Part shown: piece after piece, positions 26,076 to 43,148 of the stretch | How the letters are laid out: every line of letters begins with the position of its first letter | Numbering within the stretch: the stretch's first letter is position 1 | Assembly: GCA_964016885.1 (NCBI GenBank) | Contig: OZ024740.1 | Location: forward strand, 264,306,001 to 264,370,000 | Direction: 5' to 3' | DNA length: 64,000 nucleotides | Origin: Eledone cirrhosa | Taxonomy: Eukaryota | The notes under the pieces: model-generated | What the model was told of the DNA's origin: nothing | Seen by the model: the letters and a program-made list of their open reading frames with translations, nothing else | Database searches by the model: none | Program-made: the position numbers and the translations under genes

Positions 26076-27519
26076 TTGCATGTCAATATATACACAGATT
26101 ATATATGACTGTTAGCTAATTGCTTCGATATATGAGGTAAAATAACAAAATTCCTCACTTAGAATTTAAATCTATTCATAATATATTTTTTTATTGAGTA
26201 ATCTAATTTGTAGCTCAGCATTTTAATCTAACTTTATTCGAATGAGATTTAAACAAATAAATAATAGAAAATTTAATTAGATTTTAGACAAAACTCTTTC
26301 ATGGAAAACATCTTTAAATCATATCGGAAAACTCTGCTCATAAAATCCAAAGTTATTCAAGAGATTCATTATAGAGTTTGAGAAAGTCCGGACTTTGATA
26401 TCGCAATATGTAATGCTACACATCTTTACTGTACCCCCGCCATATATTCTTGACAATGAGAAAACAAAAATAAAAACAAAGAAAGCGAGAAATTTGACAA
26501 ACAAAAACAACAAATATTTACACCCCTAATCAAAGATTTACATTTCTGTATCAAAACAAGACTGTCTAGAAATCATACATAATCTATTTCGAAATTACAT
26601 TTCGATTCATGAGAAGATAAACAGAGTTCTGAAAATAAACATATGAAAATAGTTGTAAATGTTATTATATCATGTAAAATATCAAAAGGCAAAAGTATAT
26701 TTAATTTCTAACATAACCCGAATGTAAGAAACCAAATTAAAATGAACAAATAAATAATGTGAAATCTATAAAATGTGCTAAACGTCGGTATATTTTTTAC
26801 TGTGCATTCAACGTTGGCTTACAGGTAATTAGAAATTGAAATTAATTTCCTAGCATGTATCCTTCATTCTATTATTCTCTTTTGGCTAGAAGTTGACAAT
26901 TTCTTCGTTTCCATATCATCTTATTGAAGCTCTTGGTAAATAGATACAAAACGTTCAAACTCACTAAGACGCATATACAGATACGTAATTAGATACAAAC
27001 ACATACATATAGACACACACATATACACACACACACACACTCACACGCACACACACACACTCACATACACACCTATCCACCCACATACATATATATATAT
27101 ATATATATATAATTATATACACACACAGACTCTCTCACACACATATATACTTACATGTGTGTGCATGTATGTGTGAATTATGTTATTTATTTTAATATGT
27201 GTTTATAAACAAGACATAATAAACACGCACATGAACGACATATGCGCACCCCTAACAACTACGCACACAATCATATATATCGGCATATTGTTTATTTGCA
27301 TAGAAGTACATATATTTCGCTGAAACGCACACGTATATGTATGTAAGCATGTATCTATGCATGTATTGATGCTGGTATGTATGCATGTATATATGCATGT
27401 TTGTACGTGTGCCCAGACAGAGGCATAATTCTGGTGATAAAACCTTATGCACTTTCAACATTTCATTCATACGGTGATAGCCTGTATATTTAACTCTCCA
27501 CTGGAAAGCTTGAAGAATC

Positions 27520-27631
<112 letters not shown>

Positions 27632-27732
27632 GGGGAAATTTCAAAGTTCAATGAGGTAAATTATGCTAGGAATTTTCAAGCTCAATTATGTTCAAATATG
27701 TATTTCTACTTCATTTATGTTTGTATGTATGC

Positions 27733-27796
<64 letters not shown>

Positions 27797-27801
<5 letters not shown>

Positions 27802-28327
27802 CTGGCAAACCCACCAAGGTTTCTTGGTGAGGAGGGTGACTTTGGACATCCTGCAGGACTAAAAACAAAACCTGTCAAAGGGCAAAGCAGCTCTTAAGAG
27901 TCAATGGCCATCCAAAATCACCGGAAGAGATGACCTCGTAGCCTTTGTCAAGGCAGAATTCTAGGAGAAGGAAAACTCTGATATAACACCTGCAACCCTA
28001 ATGGTATCCAATGATGTTGACTTGTTCTTCTTTTTGGTAAATATCATCTTGATTAAGAGAGTGGGACTGGCTTTGTGCAGTGCCTTTGCTCACTATAAAA
28101 GCTTCACGGCACAGGCATTGCTTTATATCTGGAGATCTCTCTGCACTTGTCGTCACATGGTACCATGGGCCCAGCACTGTGTGTCAATAATTGTCACAAG
28201 TGTAGTGTTTGTACCAGAGTTTTCAAGTCGCTGGTTTGACTAAAAAGTCACACTCGTTCAGCGCATTGGTAGGAATTCTCCTACATGGATATAAATTAGT
28301 GTCCGCACGCGAAAATGAGTTGGCAGC

Positions 28328-28331
<4 letters not shown>
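27797..28331 (+). mobile_element. Short non-autonomous RTE-like element (5' UTR + ORF 3' end)
   Basis: ctaggagaaggaaaactctga resembles RTE 5' UTR motifs. 28198-28270 translates KCSVCTRVFKSLV*LKSHTRSAH (terminal C2H2-like). (TA)n on both sides. Confidence 0.55.
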
Positions 28332-28383
<52 letters not shown>

Positions 28384-28589
28384 TTATATATATATATACA
28401 TGCATACATACAAACATAAATGAAGTAGAAATACAGCCCTCCATGCGGATATCTGCTGGTGCGTGTGTTTTCTAACGTATTTATGAATATATAGAAAGGT
28501 ATTAAAATGGAAAACTACATTTTGGCATGCAATTCATTCGAACCTGCACCGTTATATTTTGTTTTAAGGCATATATAACTTAACATAAT

Positions 28590-29135
28590 GATTTCTGCTA
28601 TAAGCAAAAGGCCATTAATTTGGGGGAGGGGAAAGTCGATTAAATCGATCCCTGAACATTGCCGGTGCTTTATTTTATGAAACTCAAACCGTTATGGGCC
28701 ATAACTCTATGCTGCAAAGCATGGTGTCCGACTCTCTACCGATACTGCCAATACACCGTCCTGTTTGACATAATATAATTGGTTCTACTTTAGGCACAAG
28801 GCCAGCAATTACCCACTGCATTACTGGTAGTTTATTTTATCCACCCCGTAAAGATAAAAGGCAAAATGGTTTCTTATATAGGCTCAAGGCCAGCAATTTT
28901 GGGGGAGGGGAAAGTCCTATTAAATAGACAACAGTGCGTGACTGGTACTTTATTTTATCGACCCCGTAAGTATGAAAAGCAAAGTTATCGTCGGCGGGAT
29001 TTTAACACAGATCATAAAGGGCTGTAACTCTATGCAGCAAACTCTGGCATCCGACCCACGACGGTCACTGCCAATCCACCGCCCTGTTGCACTTAATATC
29101 ATGACATATGTTCTCAACAATATGGTGACCACAAC
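28590..29135 (-). mobile_element. Cluster of three partial SINE copies
   Basis: Repeated aaggccagcaatt / ttattttatcgaccccgtaag / gccaatccaccgccc blocks. Confidence 0.8.
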
Positions 29136-29473
29136 TTCATCAAGCTTAGCTGTGGTTTGCAGAGACCTTACTTAAATTAGCCTAGTATAGTTTTTGTTGA
29201 TTCACGAATACTACACAATTTACATACAATGCGAGTGCTATCTAGCGAATCACTTATAATATAAATAAAGAGCTGATCTACTTCAGCGACGGAAGAATGA
29301 TACGAGCCTGCAAAGACATTTATGATTTAGCAGTTCATTTATTTAATACATGTCTTAACCTATGTCGGCGTCAGTACATTATGTGAGGTATGTAGGTTTG
29401 TATGAGAGTATTTCTTTTTTGATTCTATGGGTGAGTGTATATATATATATATATATATATACACACTCACCCG

Positions 29474-29548
<75 letters not shown>

Positions 29549-29551
<3 letters not shown>

Positions 29552-32500
29552 AATGAGTAGGACACCGACGGCTGAGCTCAAGCCGTTTCAACGGCTAATT
29601 CTGGACTAAATGAACATTTTATCCTGGTATTTGAATAGCCGAGCTTCTCAGGGGGTAATTCCATATATGGTAAAAGTGATTGTCACAAGGATTGGTCAAA
29701 AGTTTGTTGTTGAGACATAATAATTCTATCATGGCAATTTGTGGAGGGAAGGGGTAGCTGAACCTGCCAGTAGAAGAAAGAGGCAGAGGGTGGGAGAAAC
29801 CCAGTTGTGCGTTGATAGTGCCAACTACGGCTGGGCAGGAGGTCAACGAAGATACTAGGGGGGGGGGGGAGCAAGTCGAAACAATAAGTAAAACAATATG
29901 GGGTAAATATATAGAAAAATACCGGGAGTGTTAAAAAACAAATAAGTGTAAAGAAAAAAACAATTTCTGGTTACTATAACCTAAGGACAGCTATCAAGTC
30001 TCTCACTGGTACTGCTAGACTAAAGAAAGGTTTACTAGGTGGGACGGAATTATAATGAGACCCTTTTAAGAGGTATAAGTAAACAACCGAATATATCTTA
30101 CGGTGACGGGTCAACAAGTGGGAGGCCAAAATACTAAAGAAACTACCACGAAATAAATCAGAGTCCGGAGACCAGTACGAAATAAAGGTTTCTATCCCAG
30201 GCACAAGGCCAGCAACCACCCAGTGTAAAAAAAAATAAACTAATACGAAATAATAATTCAGAATCCCGAAAAAGAATACTAATACTATCTCTAAGGGTGC
30301 TGCCACGCTACAAAAATTCTAGTGCAAACTACATAAATGCTCGTACGAAGTATATGTAAAATTTGATACGGAAAATTAATTCAGAATCCCCCCCCCCCCC
30401 CCAAAAAAAAAATACTGATATACGAGAAATTAAAGCAAAGATACCACTAAGAAATATAGAAAGCACGGAAAAGGTGCGGCCATCGGATAAGAAGGCTAGT
30501 ATCCGGGGTCTAACACATCTTCTATAAAATGCGGAGTCGGCCAAATCTATCATAGATTAGGGGAAGGGGGTGGTGGTACTGAGGCTACAAGGGACCGAGT
30601 GGCTGCCTCGGGTGGGCGAGAAAGTAAAAGGACGACGACAAAGAAAGAGGACTGGGCTGGAAGGACTAGGGAGGGATGGCGGGAAGAAGGAAATATAGAG
30701 GAAGTGATAAAAAGATATAAGAAGATATTAGGTCTACCTTTGCAAGCAGGCTTGCCCGATACAAAATCGGCAAGTGGAGTGTTATAGCTCCCCCCCCCCC
30801 CCGGGTCATTATGGGGTTTGAGAGCGAGGTAAGTCCTACGCAATCGGTGTTTACATGCAGTTACCAGTTCATCTTTCTTGTTTAGGAGTTGGTCCGTCGA
30901 GAACAGCATTTGTAAAGTTTCCTCCGAGCATAAATTGCACGGACGGCGTGCTCCCGTGTAAGATTGGCTCTGGACAGTAAGCTCCAAGTGAGATCATAGG
31001 TAATATTGTTATCCTTGAGGTCCAATATGTGGCCCGAAAGTGTAGTGGAGTGACGCCGGGCCGGGTTTCGGAAGGTATGTCTGTGTTGGTATAGCCGGGT
31101 CTTGAAGTCACATGCGGTTAATCCTATATAGGCGTTGTTGGAGGTGTCCATCCTCACGTTGCACTGGTAGATCACATTACGATCTCTGCATCTGTTGTCG
31201 AGGGGGCAAATGGATCCATCAGGACAGTTGCAGCTCCTGGTCGGCTCTCCACTGCTATTTAGGTTATTTCTTCCATGGGGGTTGAGTTTTTTTGTTGTTA
31301 GAGGAGACGATGTTTTGTGCAAAGTTTGGTGTGGTGCTGTAGGAGAGTTTGATGGTATTTTTGTTAATTATGTTGTGGTAGCGGTGTTGTAGTGGGAAGT
31401 GCTTTCCAATGAGCCTAAAGAAGATTTTCCCGATAGCTGTTGTCACCTCGGCGTTGTGGGGAGGATTGAACCATGTTACGTTGCGTGAGCGGCGGTGTCG
31501 CCTGCTGGTTCCGCTAATGGAAGCTGGACAGTAGGATATTTCCTCCCGGAAACCACTCCGCTTGAGGGCCTGGTTTTAGTAAGGCGCATGTTCCTCGAAT
31601 ATCTGCTCATTAGCTGACAAACGAGATATGCGGAGAGATATGTTTTTAAGCAGGTTATTGGTGATGTTCCTAGGATGGTTTGACCGGCGGTGGATGTAGT
31701 GCAGGTTGTCGTTAGGTTTCCTGTATGGGTAGTACAGATCATTATCGAGGTCAAGTGTAACATCCAGGGAGTTAACTCGGGTCAGGTACGTTTGTAGGGT
31801 TATTTTAAATCCCCAGTCGCGGAAGAAGCTGATTAATTGTTTACGGAGCCGATCTGTACTACTAAGGATGTACCCATTAAGGGTAAGTAGCCCATCATCA
31901 CGGTACAATCCACCGCCGAATGTAAGAAACAAATCGGTGAGTTTGGCTATTAGGAATAATCCTATAAGATCAGTGACCTCAGCCGAATCCGTCGCGCCCA
32001 TGCTGACGTCGAAGGGTGAGTCCGGAGCTCTCTTTATCCATTTGGAGTTGTCGAAGAGTAAGACTGTCTTCCTGGCGTGGAGGATGATGTTTCTTTCCTG
32101 GTCGGTGATGGGCACAAGTGTTTCGGCGAAGTCCAAGGCAGCCGTAAGTAGCGGTAAGGTTATTGAATTATAGTAACTCTCTATGTCAAACTGGATGAAT
32201 TTAGTGTCTCGTTTTTCCTCCATATTGCTGAACCATGACATCACTTCCTGGGTATTGACCCATTGGCTAAGCCTGGCGTGTTGCTTAAATTTTGGTATCA
32301 CGCGGTCTAGGATTTTTTTGCTGATTCTCCCTATGTCGGACTTCCTTGGGTTTATAAGCCTGATAGAAGATTTGCAGTCGAAGTCGGATTTGTGGTCCTT
32401 CAGTGTGAAGTAGGGTGTCCGTGGGTCTATGGGTTCCGTGCGGTCGGCGACCACGGGGCTGGAGGTAATGTGTTGTCCATCTCGATTTATGTCCTCGATG

Positions 32501-34154
32501 CATGAGTGGTTAGCCTTTTTATAGGTGGAGATTAGGCTGCTCCTGATCAGTGTGTGCAATCTGTCGGGGTTGACAAAGTAGAGGTTACCAGTTTTATCCG
32601 AGTGCACCATGAGGTCGTTGGTGTTATCATACTCTGTTAAGTTGCTACGGAGTTTTTGTAGGAATCGGTTGTGTCTGGGTTTGAATTTAATGTGCTTGAC
32701 CAGTTGGAAAAGGTCATTCTCGAAGGGTGAGAGCATATGGTTCGGAGGGGGAGATTTGTAGGTAATAAATCCGAATCTCTCCTTGGTACCGAAGTCCTGA
32801 TTGTCTCAATATCTGTCGTAGAAAAAAGTTCTCCATCTAAGTCTTTTCGCAAATAGATCGATTTTTTGCGTGAGCATCCGAAGGTAAAGTTTTTTCGGTG
32901 GGACTGGGATGTTCTTGGTAGAGAAGTCGATGTTGTGTTTTCGCATGGTGCGAGTGAAAGAACTTGAGCTTAGCGGAAAAGTCTGGATACGGCGTGGTAG
33001 CGTCGGAAAGTGCTCTACTACAGGAATAGGAGCTAGATAACGAAGGAAATGTGGTAAGGAACCAGGTGGACCATAACGCACCAAAGTACTCAATACCTAG
33101 GGTAGTAGAGTTGGTAATAGGAACACTCACCCGTATATACATATATATATATATAGGAACGAGTAGGACCCCGACGGCTGACTCAAGCCATTTCGACGGC
33201 TAATTCTGGACTAAATGAACATTTTTATCCTGGTATTTGAATAGCCGAGCTTCTCAGGGGGTAATTCCATATATGGTAAAAGTGATTGTCACAAGGATTG
33301 GTCAAAATTTTGTTGTTGAGACATAATATTTCTATCATGGCAATTTGTGGAGGGAAGGGGTGGCTGAAGCTGCCAGTAGAAGAAAGAGGGAGAGGGGGTG
33401 GAAGAAACCCAGTCGTGCATTGATAATGCCAACTACGGCTGGGCAGGAGGTCAAAGAAGGTACTAGGGGATCGAGGAGGGGGAGGAAGTCGAAACAATAA
33501 GTAAAACAATATGGGGTAAATATATAGAAAAATACCGGGAGTGTTAAAAAACAATTAAGTGTAAAGAAAAAAAACAAAAAAACACAGTAGACCTTTCTTT
33601 AGTCTAGCAGTACCAGTGAGATACTTTATAGCTGTCCTTAGGTTATAGTAACCAGAAATTGTTTTTTTCTTTACACGTAATTGTTTTTTAACACTCCCAG
33701 TATTTGTCTATATATTTACCCCATATTGTTTTCCTTATTGCTTCGACTTGCTCCCCCTCCCCCCTAGTATCTTCTTTGACCTCCTGCCCAGCCGTAGTTG
33801 GCACTATCAACGCACGACTGGGTTTCTTCCACCCCCTCTCCCTCTTTCTTCTACTGGCAGGTTCAGCTACCTCTTCCCTCCACAAATTGCCATGATAGAA
33901 TTATTAGGTCTCAACAACAAACTTTCGACCAATCTTTGTGACAATCACTTTTACCATATATGGAATTACCCCCTGAGAAGCTCGGCTATTCAAATACCAG
34001 GATAAAAATGTTCATTTAGTCCAGAATTAGCCGTCGAAACGGCTTGAGCTCAGCCGTCGGGGTCCTACTCGTTCCTATTACCCACTCTACTACCCTACGT
34101 ATTGAGCACTTTGGTGCGTTATGGTCCACCTGGTTCCTTACCACATTTCCTTCG

Positions 34155-34157
<3 letters not shown>
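29549..34157 (-). mobile_element. Near full-length Penelope-like element (frameshifted) with tandem and inverted pLTRs
   Basis: ORF pieces from ATG ~32946 to ~30790 (FDIESYY, YRDD, GIY-YIG AYIGLT). pLTR copies at 29549-29975(-), 33155-33575(-) and 33590-34157(+). Same family as 16629-19747. Confidence 0.92.
33968..34063 (+). ncRNA. Type I hammerhead with C3.A8 mismatched core (also at ~29563-29656 and ~33167-33262 on minus)
   Basis: acccc-CUGAGAA-gcucggcu...agccguc-GAAA-cggcu ugagcuc agccg-UC-ggggu. Confidence 0.65.
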
Positions 34158-34209
<52 letters not shown>

Positions 34210-34329
34210 AAAGTTTTATCTAAAATTGTTGGGTTACAACAAGTAAATATTTTATAACTGATATAAAGCACTCGACAAGTTTTGGAGTAGATATACGATA
34301 TTAAACAAATGGAAACTATATTTATAAAA

Positions 34330-36310
34330 CCGTATTTATTTCATTATACATATTTCGGGGATACCATATTAAAAATATGGCATGCCTTCTTCAGATAAAA
34401 TACAATATATAAACAGTTTTATAAATAATTTTGACGTACCATAAATATTGAGCAACCGTTATGTAAGAAGCCGGTTTGGTAGTGAGATGTTTATAAATAT
34501 TTAGTGTTAAGCACAGTTAAAAAGAAAGACGGAGAAAAAGAAGAAATGCATGTAAAGAAAAACAGAGAGAAATAGAGAGAGATAGGGGAGAGAGAAATAG
34601 TGAGGAGGTGAAAAAAGAGAGGCAGCTGAAGGCAACAGATGAATAATAATAATTCATCATACAAATTGAGAGATTTAGGAGGGAGGGAGTATTGTAATTA
34701 TTTAGTTATAGTGTTAAGGACAGTTGGGGAGGAGACGGAGAGAAATAAAAAATGAAGAGAAAAGAGAGAGAGTGAAAGATAGAGGTGGGAAAAAAAAAGA
34801 AAGAGGTAGACCAAATAATAATAATTATATAAGGGGAGGTGAAAATCAAGAGAGAAATAGGAGAGAAATAAGAGAGAAACTTGAGAGGCAAAGTTAAAAC
34901 AACAGATACATAGACTTCATCATATATAAAGAGGGAGGAGAAGAAAGAGCTATATCTAGAGAGGGGGTTGATAGATTTACATCTTTACGTTATGTCCTAT
35001 CAATTGAATTATCAATTCATATGAATTGGGTAATATAATGTAAATATCAATATTCATGAATGAGACATAGATATATAATGTGTGAAAATAATTTTGCTCA
35101 ATAATGACCATATGTTTAGTTTAAAATTCTGAGGTCGATGTACCAAAACTGAGGTAAAACTTCAAAAAATACGGAAATATATAAGTATATACATACACAT
35201 GCATATGCACTTTCCGGAAAAGGAAAGAAAGAGAAAAAGAGAAGGTCATCTCATGTTCTAGTTGATATTATAGACATACCCATGACTTTACGTGATCAAC
35301 TCTGTAATTTCTTGTTTCACAAAAAAAATGTTTTTCCTTGTGTTATAAAATAGTTTACTATATATATATACATAAAAAATAAACGATTAATATTCTTGCC
35401 CTCACATACATGATTATCGTTCATGTATAGAATATTATGCATATCTGTAACATATCCAGAACTATACCCACACATACATATAGATATATATGTATGCACA
35501 CATACAGGTACATGGACAGATAAAATATACTCTGTAATCATTCCATATGCATATTAATACATATGGCCTTTGTACAGAGACAACCAGATATCAATATATC
35601 AGCACAGAAATATCAAAACGTTAAAAATATTTTCATCACTCGCTAGAGTATCTCGGGCCATAAAAACACAGTATGCATCTTATATCAACCACAGAAATCT
35701 ACCCTTCCAATTTATCTGACAATATATTGCCAAGTTCATTAGAAGCAATCAGAATCAAAAAGCAAACAAAAAAAACAAAAATTATTCAACAAAACACATT
35801 TAGCAGAAATCATTTAAAGGATTTAGGAGACCCTGTTGTTCTACGGATGCTCTTATATTTAGTATAGAAGTTTATCTTGCGTAAAATGTATTCAATAGAT
35901 TGGGAGCATCTACATTTTAGGGTAGTTTAATTACATCATTAGTTTATATTTATGAAGAAGGTTTAAAAGAAAAAGTTGAAGGAATCGAAAGATTTATCGT
36001 CAGGTTTCATACATTAATTAAATATCTTAATTAATTATACTACATTTTAAATTTATATTTATATTTAAACGTTGAGTTCAATCTATGTCTGCAGCAACTG
36101 AATAAATTGCTCCTTAAATTAAGGGAATTTTTGGATTTTAATATAAAGAATATCTCCTCCACACAGAGGTCACATGTCTCAGATGAGGAATTAAAAGGAA
36201 TCCCTCTTGAGACAATATTCCAAAACATCGAATACCCAACGTTATCATGTTTAAGTTGCCAGAGTATGCCTGATAGTGAAGTTGAAGATTTTTTTGTTTG
36301 GATCTGTGAA
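34330..36310 (-). mobile_element. Old Penelope-like 3' remnant
   Basis: ORF 36040..36228 WNIVSRG...CDLCVEE...CCRHR matches the C-terminus of ORF 17833..19053. Degenerate CUGAAGA...GAAA at ~34345-34400. Boundaries approximate. Confidence 0.55.
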
Positions 36311-36442
36311 AGAATATATATATATAGAGAGAGAAAATATACACAGAGAGAATTGTGTTACACGGTGAGATGTGTGTAAATAATTATTACATGTGAGTTT
36401 GACCGTTACTGTATGGAAAACAACACCTACAGGTTAGCAAAA

Positions 36443-36575
<133 letters not shown>

Positions 36576-36577
36576 CA

Positions 36578-36796
<219 letters not shown>

Positions 36797-37016
36797 TCAC
36801 CCGTACAATCAAAAACGGAATACACTCATACAAACCTACATACCTCACATAATGTACTGACGCCGACATATATTAAGACAAGTATTAAATAAATGAACTG
36901 TTAAATCATAAATGTCTTTGCAGGTTCGTATCATTCTTCCTTCGCTGAAGTAGATCAGCTCTTTATTTATATTATAAGTGATTCGCTAGATAGCACTCGC
37001 ATTGTATGTAAATTGT

Positions 37017-37078
<62 letters not shown>

Positions 37079-37437
37079 CAAGCATCGGAGTTAGAGTATT
37101 CCGCAGTGCACAGTAATAATAATATTACCTCAAAGAAGAACAGAGAATGTTCAACTGACCTCGAATACAATTATATTACACAGAGAGAATTGTGTTACAC
37201 GGTGAGATGTGTATAAATAATTATTACATGTGAGTTTAACCGTTAATGTATGGAAAACAACACCTACAGGTTAGCAATTAAATAGAAAGAACACTAAGTC
37301 AGAATCAAATCTCACACATCTTTACACACATCTCACTGTGAAACACACTTCTCTCTGTGTAATATATATATATGCATATAGGGGGGGGTGTACGTGTGTG
37401 TGTGTGTGTGAGTGTGTGTGTGTGTGTATGTGTGTGT

Positions 37438-37501
<64 letters not shown>

Positions 37502-38107
37502 AATGCCTTCCTCAGTGGTTAAAATTCTAGATTCACGACGGGCTCAGCCGCACATCAAACGCCTTCTACGCCACAAACCTTTTTCATGCTGAATATTCTC
37601 GAGGATAACACTTCGTACATACTTGTCAGTAGATTGTTCATCCACTTTTCAACACGAATATCAGGAGCAAGTTATTCCCTTGTTCACACACCTTGAACAC
37701 TTACTGCCGCAACTGACGGCAGTCCGACGCTCACTGACATACACACCCTCACACTCATACACAGATATAATACATGCATACATGTATAAATGTGTGTGGT
37801 TTAAAACTACTAATTGATGTTTACCCTGATAGTAGCCTCCCTTATAAACATGCAACATTCAAAACACATATGAAATCAAGTTATATTTTTCATATTACAT
37901 ACTTCGCTAAATGTAAAACTTGTCACCATATGAAAATAACTGTCATAACTTATATATACGCGGTATTTTCCCGCAGGTTAATTACTTTTGCACCTGCAAT
38001 AAGGCAAAGTATATAGCATCGTGTCATATTCATACTACGCCTATATATACGTTTATACAGAATAAGACATACATTAAATGACATATTCTCATATGGAATC
38101 ATTATAT

Positions 38108-38197
<90 letters not shown>

Positions 38198-38199
38198 TC

Positions 38200-38560
38200 A
38201 TTGCCAGAGAACATCTCCACGAACCACCTAATAGAATATTAGTCTACGACTTTATTTATACAATAAACGTGGTTTTGTCTTTGCGTGTAATTGTTTTCAC
38301 CGCTCCAAATAATTGTTTCTTACATTACTGGTACTTTATTTTATCAATCAAATAATGACGTATTATCTCCGTTGTTTTCCGTTCTTTGCCAGGGAACGTT
38401 TCCACGAACCAAAGTATCGTCTTACTGTCTTCCTTCATTGCAACATTTTTCGACATATTTACTTCTGCGTTCACAGATTGATTTTTTTAGTTTCAGAAGA
38501 TCCCATTAAGGGTGGAAGCAGCGATTCTTTGCTTAAACTTTAATCTGTTATTTTAATAAA
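38200..38560. repeat. Unclassified interspersed repeat (inverted copies at ~49670-49780, 49900-50070, 62190-62480)
   Basis: Shared taaaataacagattaaagtttaagcaaag...gggatcttctgaaactaaaaaa...gaacgcagaagtaaatat. Confidence 0.8.
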
Positions 38561-38577
38561 TATATATATATATATAT

Positions 38578-38767
38578 AACAAAGAAGTTGTGGTAAGGAA
38601 CCAGATGGACCATAACGCACCAGAGTACTCAATACCTAGGGTAGTAGAGTGGGAAATAGGAAAAAGTATGACCTCGACGGCAGAGCTCAAGCCGTTTCGA
38701 CGGCTATTTTTGGACTAGAAATAGCCGTCGAAACGGCTTGAGCTCTGCCGTCGGGGTCATACTTTTT

Positions 38768-38772
<5 letters not shown>
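38578..38772. repeat. Penelope pLTR fragment folded back on itself
   Basis: gacggcagagctcaagccgtttcgacggctattt / aaatagccgtcgaaacggcttgagctctgccgtc inverted around ~38714; same family as the 19562 HHR. Confidence 0.85.
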
Positions 38773-38812
<40 letters not shown>

Positions 38813-39112
38813 GTTTATGTGTATGTAGGGAGGTATGGATTCTCCCATTCTCAACGGCAGGCGAGGTTTCAGCAAATAGTATGTGTCATGGTTTCTCATG
38901 TATATATATATATTCGTTTAAACGCACACAAGATGAAAGCATACACAGTTGATCAACCAGAAAACCTGCCCCGAAATATCTTAAAAGCGGTCAGTTATCG
39001 TCATAAGGGTTGGACTGAAGAAACAGAGTTCTCCATCTCAAATTCTGGCTGGTTAAATAACCCCACCTACCACATCAAGCTCAAAATAATGCACTCTCTC
39101 TCTGTCTCTCTG

Positions 39113-41772
<2,660 letters not shown>

Positions 41773-41794
41773 TATATATATATATATATATATA

Positions 41795-43120
41795 TATGAA
41801 AAAAGTTTGTCCTTCATTAGTGATCTTCCAACCATCATAGGCATTTCATCGCTTTAAAGACCATATACCTCCGGTTGGTGCGAGCAACGGCTAAAAAAAG
41901 TCGTTGGGACACGTAAATAAAGGGGACGCGAGGGTAAACAAACAAAATGGTTAAGCAACAGTCTCTCTCTCTGTTAGCCTCTTCCTCACCCTTCACTCAC
42001 TCATTCTCTGTCACTACCTCTCTTCCTCCTCTTTCTTCCCGTTTGACCTGTGTGTAATTCTCTTCTCTCGCACGCTGACCAAGCTGGTATGAATTTTTTC
42101 TCTCTCTCGTCTACGATTTCACAGAACTTATGTTTACCGAATTCGCAGACCAGACCCCTTCTTCCTCCCGTTAGACCTGTGCGAAATTCCTTCCTCACTC
42201 ACATTTCAACCAGGTTTGATGGTCTTTATTCTTACGTTTACGATTTCACCGAATTTAAATTCATAGAAATCTGGGACTTGTCTCTTTCTTCCTCACTTTC
42301 TGTTGCTTAACCATTTTGTTTGTTTACCCTCGCGTCCCCTTTATTTACGTGTCCCAACGACTTTTTTTAGCCGTTGCTCGCACCAACCGGAGGTATATGG
42401 TCTTTAAAGCGATGAAATGCCTATGATGGTTGGGAGATCACTGATGAAGGACAAACTTTTTTCACATGTAACACATTTGCAACTCCGCAGCGCCCTTCTT
42501 ATCATATTTACACATATATTTTTTCCTCTGCTGCTACTTGTCCTTTTCGTTCTAAGTATCTTTACCCTTTCTAGCAGTCTCTCTCTGTGTTAGCCTCTTC
42601 CTCACCCTTCACTCACTCATTCTCTGTCACTACCTCTCCTCCTCCTCTTTCTTCCCGTTTGACCTGTGTGTAATTCTCTTCTCTCGCACGCTGGCCAAGC
42701 TGGTATGAATTTTTTCTTTCCCTCGTCTACGATTTCACAGAACTTATGTTTACCGAATTCGCAGACCAGACCCCTTCTTCCTCCCGTTAGACCTGTGCGA
42801 AATTCCTTCCTCACTTTCATTTCAACCAGGTTTGATGGTCTTTATTCTCTCTTTCACGATTTCACCGAATTTAAATTCATAGAAATCTGGGACTTGTCTC
42901 TTTCTTCCTCACTTTCTGTTGCTTAACCGTTTTGTGTGTTTACCCTCGCGTCCCCTATATTTACGTGTCTCAACGACTTTTTTTAGCCGTTGCTCGCACC
43001 AACCGGAGGTCTTTAAAGCGATGAAATGCCTATGATGGTTGGAAGATCACTGATAAAGGACAAACTTTTTCATATGTAACCCATTTTCAACTCCGCAGCG
43101 CCCTTATTATCATATTTACA
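41795..43120. repeat. ~615-bp tandem repeat (41960-42520, 42575-43120) with an inverted partial copy (41795-41962)
   Basis: Near-identical ORF translations at 42050 and 42666; 41795-41962 is the reverse complement of ~42300-42465. Confidence 0.9.
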
Positions 43121-43148
43121 CACACACATATATATATATATATATATG

